Below are positions 58,040 through 64,000 of a DNA stretch of 64,000 nucleotides, in pieces. The stretch is from Chloroflexota bacterium. GTDB lineage: Bacteria > Chloroflexota > UBA11872 > VXOZ01. Each line of letters starts with the position of its first letter. Position 1 is the stretch's first letter. Location: assembly GCA_964291655.2 (NCBI GenBank), contig OZ219802.1:448001-512000 (forward strand), read 5' to 3'. The notes beneath the pieces were generated by a model. The model was not told where the DNA came from. It saw only the letters and a program-made list of their open reading frames with translations, and did no database searches. Both the position numbers and the translations under genes were made by a program.

Positions 58040-59287
58040 TTAGGCAACGTTGGGTAAAGAAGCGATCTGCGCAAGCTCTTTCAGGGCACGCTGTACCGCC
58101 GCATCCTCTTCGAGGGAATCCATAATATCGGCTTCAATTTCAATGTCAGGAGCAATCCCGATTTCGGAGATTGACTCCCTTCCCGGTGTAAGCCAACGCG
58201 CGATCGTTACACGAAGTTGGGAGCCATCGCTCAGGTCGTGGGGAAGCTGCACCGTACCCTTGCCATACGTTCGCTGCCCAATGATTACTGCCCGGCCGTA
58301 ATGGGACAGGGCGCCGGCAACGATTTCCGATGCGCTCGCGCTGCGCTCGTTTACCAGAACTACAAGGGGAATGTTGCGGGCCACACCGCTACTGCGCACT
58401 CGATACGGGCGTTGCTGCTGCGCCTGCTCTTCATAGAGGACCACTGTGCCGCGGTCCAAGAATTCGCTCGTCACGCGTATTGCCGTACCCAGCAGACCAC
58501 CGGGATTATCGCGCAGATCAAGGATCAGGCCGGGCGCCTCGTCATCGATCAGTGATTCCAAGGTCGTGTGCAGTTCGTCAGCCGTAAGGGCGCCAAAGCT
58601 CCACAGCCGAATGTAGCCCACGTTTCCTGACAGCGTTTCCGTCGTTAGCGAAGGAATTACCACTTCGGCACGGGTGATTGTCACATCGAACGGCTCGTCA
58701 TCTCCACGCTTAATCGTGAGCACGACATCAGTTCCGGCTTGGCCGCGAATGCGCAGCGCCGTGTGTTCCACCGTGTCGCCCTCTATTAGGGTTCCATCCA
58801 CTGCAACGATTACGTCTCCGGACTTTAGGCCGGCGTTCTGTGCGGGTGAATCATTGAATACCGAATGAATCAATATCTGGCCGTCTCGTTCATCGATTCG
58901 CGCGCCGATACCCTGGAACTTTTGTCGGGTTTGCTCCCGTGCGCGCTGGCTTACGGAGGGATCAAGCAGAGTCGTATGGGGATCTCCAAGAGAGTCCAAC
59001 ATGCCGCGAATAGCTCCGCGCATCATGGCATCCTGGTCTATCGGCTGCTTATAGAACTCTTGCGATACAATCTCCCAGACCTGTAAGAAAAGTTCCCACT
59101 GTTCGTCCTGCCCGACGGGCGGCGAAGCAGGCAAGACGCCGGGGAGGACACCAGACAGGACTGCGGCCAATGGCTGCAATGGCCCCCCTTTGCCCCCTGC
59201 CGCAAAGCCAGCGGCAAAGGCCCCTGAGCCAACCGTCACAACCAGCGAGAACGATAGGACAATCGCTAGGAAATGCTTGCGCTTCAT
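58040..59287 (-). CDS. ctpA: S41 family C-terminal processing peptidase
   Basis: DPHT, GIGA PDZ motif, DLRDNPGG, SASASEI, TYGKG. Confidence 0.95.
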   Translation of the reverse strand: MKRKHFLAIVLSFSLVVTVGSGAFAAGFAAGGKGGPLQPLAAVLSGVLPGVLPASPPVGQDEQWELFLQVWEIVSQEFYKQPIDQDAMMRGAIRGMLDSLGDPHTTLLDPSVSQRAREQTRQKFQGIGARIDERDGQILIHSVFNDSPAQNAGLKSGDVIVAVDGTLIEGDTVEHTALRIRGQAGTDVVLTIKRGDDEPFDVTITRAEVVIPSLTTETLSGNVGYIRLWSFGALTADELHTTLESLIDDEAPGLILDLRDNPGGLLGTAIRVTSEFLDRGTVVLYEEQAQQQRPYRVRSSGVARNIPLVVLVNERSASASEIVAGALSHYGRAVIIGQRTYGKGTVQLPHDLSDGSQLRVTIARWLTPGRESISEIGIAPDIEIEADIMDSLEEDAAVQRALKELAQIASLPNVA

Positions 59288-59680
59288 GGGTCAAGCCTCA
59301 ATTTAGGGTGGCATCCGACCTGGTTATTCCTAGTGTTTCGCAGCACCATGCGTTACCTTCACGATAGCATAGCACTATGCGAGAAACAACCGCCTTTCAA
59401 CCGCAGGCGCGGGCCCCTTACTTGCCATGGTCGAGACGAATTTCGTGCCGCAGGCGCGTCCTTTCTTCACCACGGTGCCGCTCAAGGGGCATCAAAGACA
59501 AGATCGGGTACTGGCTTATCGAAAGTCCTGTATTGCACATTTCATACGGGCGTCCGCCGTCTCTAAATCGGGAATTGCATCCCCCCTGGATGTCGACTCG
59601 CCAATTTGATTCTCTGTTGCTGGACGCGTATTATGGAGTTCAGATTATAAGTGACCAATGGCATGAAAGGGTAAACGGGA

Positions 59681-59950
59681 ATGCTTGGGACATTTGGGTG
59701 GACAGAGCTCCTCATAATCCTTGTGATTATCGTCATCCTCTTCGGGGGAAGCCGGATCGCAGGTCTTGGCGGTTCGCTGGGCAAGAGCATCCGCGAATTC
59801 CGCACGGCGATGAAGGAAGAGGACGAACCCAGCGAGTCAGATGACGAAAAGAAAGCAACTGATACCGCGGATTCAAAGAAGGAAGATGGCGAGAAGAAGG
59901 AGGATTCGGACCAGGCTGCAAGCAGCGAGGGCGAATCCAAGAAAAGCTAG
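59681..59950 (+). CDS. tatA: Twin-arginine translocase TatA/E
   Basis: ELLIILVIIVILFG..RI..LG..LGKSIREFR with acidic tail. Confidence 0.95.
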   Translation: MLGTFGWTELLIILVIIVILFGGSRIAGLGGSLGKSIREFRTAMKEEDEPSESDDEKKATDTADSKKEDGEKKEDSDQAASSEGESKKS

Positions 59951-59956
59951 CACATT

Positions 59957-60685
59957 GTGCTCAAGCGGCAGCGGCTTAGCTGGCTTGGGACTGCCGTCTG
60001 TGACTCACATGGCGCCCCCCGTGACGCGAATAGCAAATTCACTCTGATTCGTGTCTACGCGCAAGATATCCCAGCCCTATTGAAATACAACCGGTGGTTG
60101 ATGCTTTTCACCACCGGTTTTTTCTTTGTCGGCATCGTTGCCGGAGCTGCTCTTGGGCAGCTGTACCCTCTTGCGACTGAGTCCCTTCTACGCGTTTATG
60201 CCGAGCAAGTCGAGCGTCTCGGTGATATCGATTCTATTTCCACCGCAGCAATTCTCGGCAACAACCTGCGCATTCTGCTTCTCAGTCCTATATTTGCCAC
60301 GCTCACGCTCGGGCTCTACCCGCTAATCGTCGTCACACTGCCCGGTGTGCTCCTGGGCATGTTGGCGGTGCAAGTGGACTTTGCCGGTCCATTCCAGTTG
60401 CTCATTGGGCTCGTGCTCGTGCTGCCTCATGGTGTGTTCGAAATACCTGCAATCATGATCGGCAGTGCCCTCTCTCTGCGCCTCGCGTGGTCCTTCTTGC
60501 GACCGGTGCCTTCCCTCAGCTTCTTTGAGAGTGTTGCTTGGGCCGCGATCAACGTCATCAAAGGGTATGTCTTCCTCGTAATCCCTCTTATCGTGATTGC
60601 CGCTTGGGTGGAGGTGAACGTGACCGGCCAGATTGCCCGCTGGCTGATTGGCCTCAGTGCAATCATCACCATACCTCAGCCATAG
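59957..60685 (+). CDS. Stage II sporulation protein M (SpoIIM/DUF95) family membrane protein; start uncertain
   Basis: ILGNN, LPHGVFEIPAI, IAAWVE motifs. Confidence 0.85.
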   Translation: MLKRQRLSWLGTAVCDSHGAPRDANSKFTLIRVYAQDIPALLKYNRWLMLFTTGFFFVGIVAGAALGQLYPLATESLLRVYAEQVERLGDIDSISTAAILGNNLRILLLSPIFATLTLGLYPLIVVTLPGVLLGMLAVQVDFAGPFQLLIGLVLVLPHGVFEIPAIMIGSALSLRLAWSFLRPVPSLSFFESVAWAAINVIKGYVFLVIPLIVIAAWVEVNVTGQIARWLIGLSAIITIPQP

Positions 60686-60758
60686 CAGAACTCTGGGCCG
60701 GATTGCGTGCTACAATTGAAAAGATACGGTTTCGTCAGCTATCGCAAACGTTGGAACG

Positions 60759-61847
60759 ATGAATTCACCGCCATCTTCAACCGCAAAGCGCCTGCAGCGA
60801 GTCCGCGATTGGCTCTCAGAGTCTGAGGCGGACGCGCTCCTCGTAAGCAACGACTACAACCGTCGCTACGTCTCCGGATTCACCGGGTCTTCCGGTTGGC
60901 TGCTGATTAGCGCTACCGATGCTCTCTTGATCACAGATTCCCGCTACACCGAACAGGCGGGAAGACAGGCCCAGGACTTTACGGTGGTGCCGCAGTCGGG
61001 GCAGATTGCTCCCCTGCTTATGGACCTCAGCAAGCAACACGGCATTGGACGGTTAGCCTTCGAATCGGAGCACGTCAGTGTTGCCACACATGATACATAC
61101 CGTGAGGCGTTTGCCGGCGAAGTCGAACTCATAGGGTATCAAGGATCAATTGAGAAACTTCGCGTTTCCAAGGAGCCGGACGAGGTGGCAGCGCTCCAGC
61201 GCGCCATAACTATTGCCGATGAGGCCCTCGCTGAGCTTCTCACGTGGTTGCATCCCGGTGTTACCGAGAAAGACGCAGCGTGGCGCCTGGAGGTACTGAT
61301 GCGGGAGGCCGGCGCCGAGGGACTCTCATTCCCCTCTATCGTCGCGGCCGGCCCGAACGGCGCGATGCCGCACCACAGGCCGGGAAACGACGTTATCCCC
61401 CGAGACACGTTCGTTGTTATGGACTTTGGTTGCGTCGCCAATGGGTACTGCTCCGACATGACCCGCACTGTGGTCCTCGGCAATCCCTCTCCCGAGATGC
61501 AAGCAATTTACAGAATTGTCTTCAAAGCACAAGAGCAGGCGGCGGCGCACGTGCGCGCGGGCATGACCGGCGTAGAGGCCGATGCCTTGGCTCGCGAAAT
61601 TATTGTGGGCGCGGGACACGGCGACCACTTCGGCCATGGTTTGGGCCATGGGGTAGGTCTGGAAATTCATGAGGCTCCCCGCCTTTCGCCCCTGGCTGGT
61701 GATACGCCTCTGCCGGAGGGCGCAGTTGTTTCTATCGAACCCGGCATTTACCTGCCCGGCGTGGGCGGTGTGCGCATTGAAGACTTGGTCTTGCTCCGCA
61801 AGGACGGCGCAGAGACACTCACCGGATCGCCAAAGATTACCTTTTAG
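60759..61847 (+). CDS. Xaa-Pro aminopeptidase (M24B)
   Basis: TDSRY, DFG..GYCSDMTRT, HGLGHGVGLEIHE, EPGIY, GVRIED. Confidence 0.96.
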   Translation: MNSPPSSTAKRLQRVRDWLSESEADALLVSNDYNRRYVSGFTGSSGWLLISATDALLITDSRYTEQAGRQAQDFTVVPQSGQIAPLLMDLSKQHGIGRLAFESEHVSVATHDTYREAFAGEVELIGYQGSIEKLRVSKEPDEVAALQRAITIADEALAELLTWLHPGVTEKDAAWRLEVLMREAGAEGLSFPSIVAAGPNGAMPHHRPGNDVIPRDTFVVMDFGCVANGYCSDMTRTVVLGNPSPEMQAIYRIVFKAQEQAAAHVRAGMTGVEADALAREIIVGAGHGDHFGHGLGHGVGLEIHEAPRLSPLAGDTPLPEGAVVSIEPGIYLPGVGGVRIEDLVLLRKDGAETLTGSPKITF

Positions 61848-61877
61848 TAGAAGTGACATTGCAGGAGGCATTACGCG

Positions 61878-62444
61878 TTGATCGAAACTGGCAACCTACG
61901 ACGTGGCGTCGTAATCGAGTACGAAGACACGATTTATCGCTTGGAAGACGTGAAGCACATCAAGATGGGCCGCGGCGGCGCGGTGGTGCGGCTTAAGCTG
62001 CGGCACGTGCAAGAAGGCCACATCATCGACCGCACCTGCGATGCCGGCGCCCGCTTTCGCCGGATCCGTCTTGAGCAACGCCCGGCCCAATTCCTCTATC
62101 GCGACGGTGACGTCTTTCACTTCATGGATACGGAATCGTACGACGAAATCCTTGTGGACGGCGCTCTGCTTGGCAATGCCGAAAACTTCCTCAAGGATGG
62201 CGCTTCCATCGAGCTTGAAATGCATGGCGAACGAGTATTAGACTCCACACTGCCTCCATCCGTAGAACTTGATGTCGCGGACACTGCGCCCGGCTTTAAG
62301 GGCGACACGGCCGCGGGTGGCACCAAGCCCGCTACAGTCGAAACGGGGCTGGTCGTCAATGTTCCGCTCTTCGTTAACGTGGGAGAGACAATTCGTGTGG
62401 ATACACGAACGAGCAGCTATATCGAGCGGGTGCGATCATCGTGA
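61878..62444 (+). CDS. efp: Elongation factor P
   Basis: HIKMGRGGAVVR, FMDTESY, PGFKGDTA, KPA..ETG, VPLFV, VDTR..YIER. Confidence 0.97.
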   Translation: MIETGNLRRGVVIEYEDTIYRLEDVKHIKMGRGGAVVRLKLRHVQEGHIIDRTCDAGARFRRIRLEQRPAQFLYRDGDVFHFMDTESYDEILVDGALLGNAENFLKDGASIELEMHGERVLDSTLPPSVELDVADTAPGFKGDTAAGGTKPATVETGLVVNVPLFVNVGETIRVDTRTSSYIERVRSS

Positions 62445-62938
62445 GCGATCAAGGCGAACAGACGGAGCTGCCATCTTCCCGAGAGACTACTCCCCTCTCC
62501 CAGGTAATTCACGAGCGTTTGAAGCCGTTGCTCGAACTCATCAGCAATTCTGACGTAGAGGAACTGTCGCTTGAGCATGACGGCATTCGCGTGGCAATCA
62601 AGCGCACCCCCCACATGATGTCGGTCGTCTCGTCGTCTCCTCCGCCCGAAGTGGAAGAAGCAGAGCCGCAATTGCACGTCGTGCACGCGGGTAGGGTAGG
62701 AGTGTTTTCCCGCAGCCGGCGACAGGAGCAACTACCCGTCATCGACGAGGGCGCGGAGATAGAGGAAGGACAGTTGCTCGGCTACATCGAGGTGCTTAAC
62801 GTGCTCAATGAAGTCCACGCACCCTTTGCCGGTACTCTTGAGCGCTTTCTTGTGGAATCCCGGCAGCCGGTTGAATACGGCCAGCCGCTTGCTCTAATCG
62901 AACCCGCTCCGGAACCACTAACTGACGACGTGGAGTAG
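62441..62938 (+). CDS. AccB/BCCP-like protein lacking the biotinylation lysine
   Basis: AccB N-terminal region, Pro-rich linker, GQLLGYIEVLNVLNEV..PVEYGQPL; EAMK is replaced by EVLN. Confidence 0.85.
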   Translation: MSDQGEQTELPSSRETTPLSQVIHERLKPLLELISNSDVEELSLEHDGIRVAIKRTPHMMSVVSSSPPPEVEEAEPQLHVVHAGRVGVFSRSRRQEQLPVIDEGAEIEEGQLLGYIEVLNVLNEVHAPFAGTLERFLVESRQPVEYGQPLALIEPAPEPLTDDVE

Positions 62939-63263
62939 GGCGCATTCGAGGCACGCTGGGTGCTTCGCGCTCAGCACACGTCGCTCGTTCATGTACCGGC
63001 GATGCAAGTCAGAAGAATGCTCTGGTATTCTGCCCCTCACAAGCTCCCACATGCTATTATTTAACTTGGACTCAACTAATCGACTTTCAAAGAATATCTC
63101 ACTAGGTGTACCGATCACTTTGTGAGACACCTTATCTGAGAACTGGAGCTGTTCGTAGCGCGTGGGCTTTCCCCCGCTCTTTGAACAGAGTGCAGCCTAC
63201 ATCGCTCTTTCGTTCGCCAGAGCTCCTCTTGTAGACGACATTCCTCGCAGGGAATCTGAGAAT

Positions 63264-63803
63264 ATGGATACGTATTACGCCAAGGATAGGCAAGAATGGC
63301 GGGCATGGCTTCACGAGCACCACGCCCACGCCAAGGAAATTTGGCTGGTCTATTACCGCAAAGCCACAGGCAAACCCCGTGTTGCATACAATGATGCCGT
63401 TGAGGAAGCCCTCTGCTTTGGCTGGATAGACAGCCAGCAAAAGGGCATCGATGAGGAGCGATTTGCACAGCGGTTTTCGCCACGCAAGCCGGGCAGCAAT
63501 TGGTCGGAATCGAACAAAGCGCGCCTGCGCCACCTCATCGCCCAAGGCAAGATGACGTCCGCCGGGTTGGCCGCCGCACAGGGCGTGGCGTTGGATGAAC
63601 CATTTGTCATCGCGCCGGACATCGAGTCTGCGCTAAGAGCGGACCCGCAAACCTGGCAGCACTTTCAGGATTTCCCGGAAGACTATCAACGCATCCGCGT
63701 AGCGTTCATCGAGAGCGCACGCAACAGACCCGCGGAATTCAAGAAACGTCTGGGCTTCTTTCTCAAGAAGACTGCGCAGAACAAGACCTTCAAATACGGC
63801 TAA
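63264..63803 (+). CDS. YdeI/OmpD-associated family protein
   Basis: WRAWL..HH, Y.DAVEEALCFGWIDS, FSPRK..S.WS..NK, M..AGLAA. Confidence 0.92.
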   Translation: MDTYYAKDRQEWRAWLHEHHAHAKEIWLVYYRKATGKPRVAYNDAVEEALCFGWIDSQQKGIDEERFAQRFSPRKPGSNWSESNKARLRHLIAQGKMTSAGLAAAQGVALDEPFVIAPDIESALRADPQTWQHFQDFPEDYQRIRVAFIESARNRPAEFKKRLGFFLKKTAQNKTFKYG

Positions 63804-64000
63804 GCCGGCGCCGGCAGAGCGTAGCATGCACGTTGACACTTTGGATTGCGAGCAAGAGCAACCTGCAACGATTGATTGGGCCTCGAGCCAAAATTGCCCG
63901 CTCTGGGGTGTGAGAGAATATTGAGCCAACAGATGGGCTTCCTCGCGGCCGTTGCGTTTGGCGGGCTGAGTCGAATTGGAATCAACACGTAAACCAGTGA

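Noticed and set aside
59957-60685. Sporulation capability inferred from SpoIIM
   Set aside because: The SpoIIM/DUF95 family is widespread in non-sporulating prokaryotes, and no other spo genes are present

Overview
GC-rich bacterial chromosomal window. The gene content (Tat-lipoprotein solute-binding protein, several phytanoyl-CoA dioxygenases including a HEAT-repeat fusion, Arg-tipped EF-P, many REP-like hairpins) suggests a Chloroflexota-like organism, possibly a marine-invertebrate symbiont; this is inference only. The left ~41 kb is accessory: a stand-alone amidase-holin pair, two Phd/VapC toxin-antitoxin modules with visible operators, an ABC exporter operon with a frameshifted ATPase, an IS1182 element inserted in a REP hairpin, an imuB-dnaE2-SRAP mutagenesis cassette, REP-containing tandem arrays, a defence-like cluster (orphan Phd coupled to a SIR2-domain gene, convergent with a mosaic Type IIG-like R-M gene), a histidine-decarboxylase-family gene coupled to a tandem-ACT protein, and a 1707-aa exonuclease-RecQ-UvrD fusion. 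The right ~23 kb is mostly housekeeping: tRNA-Gly(CCC), ferritin, hflKC, tRNA-Arg(GCG), two tandem PhyH paralogues, ppc, murJ, M16 and S41 peptidases, tatA, Xaa-Pro peptidase, efp, and an AccB-like protein without the biotinylated lysine. The best candidates for something undescribed are the Phd-SIR2 pair, the lysine-less AccB homologue, the phage-free holin/amidase cassette and the decarboxylase-ACT pair. All calls rest on motif recognition by eye; no searches were run.
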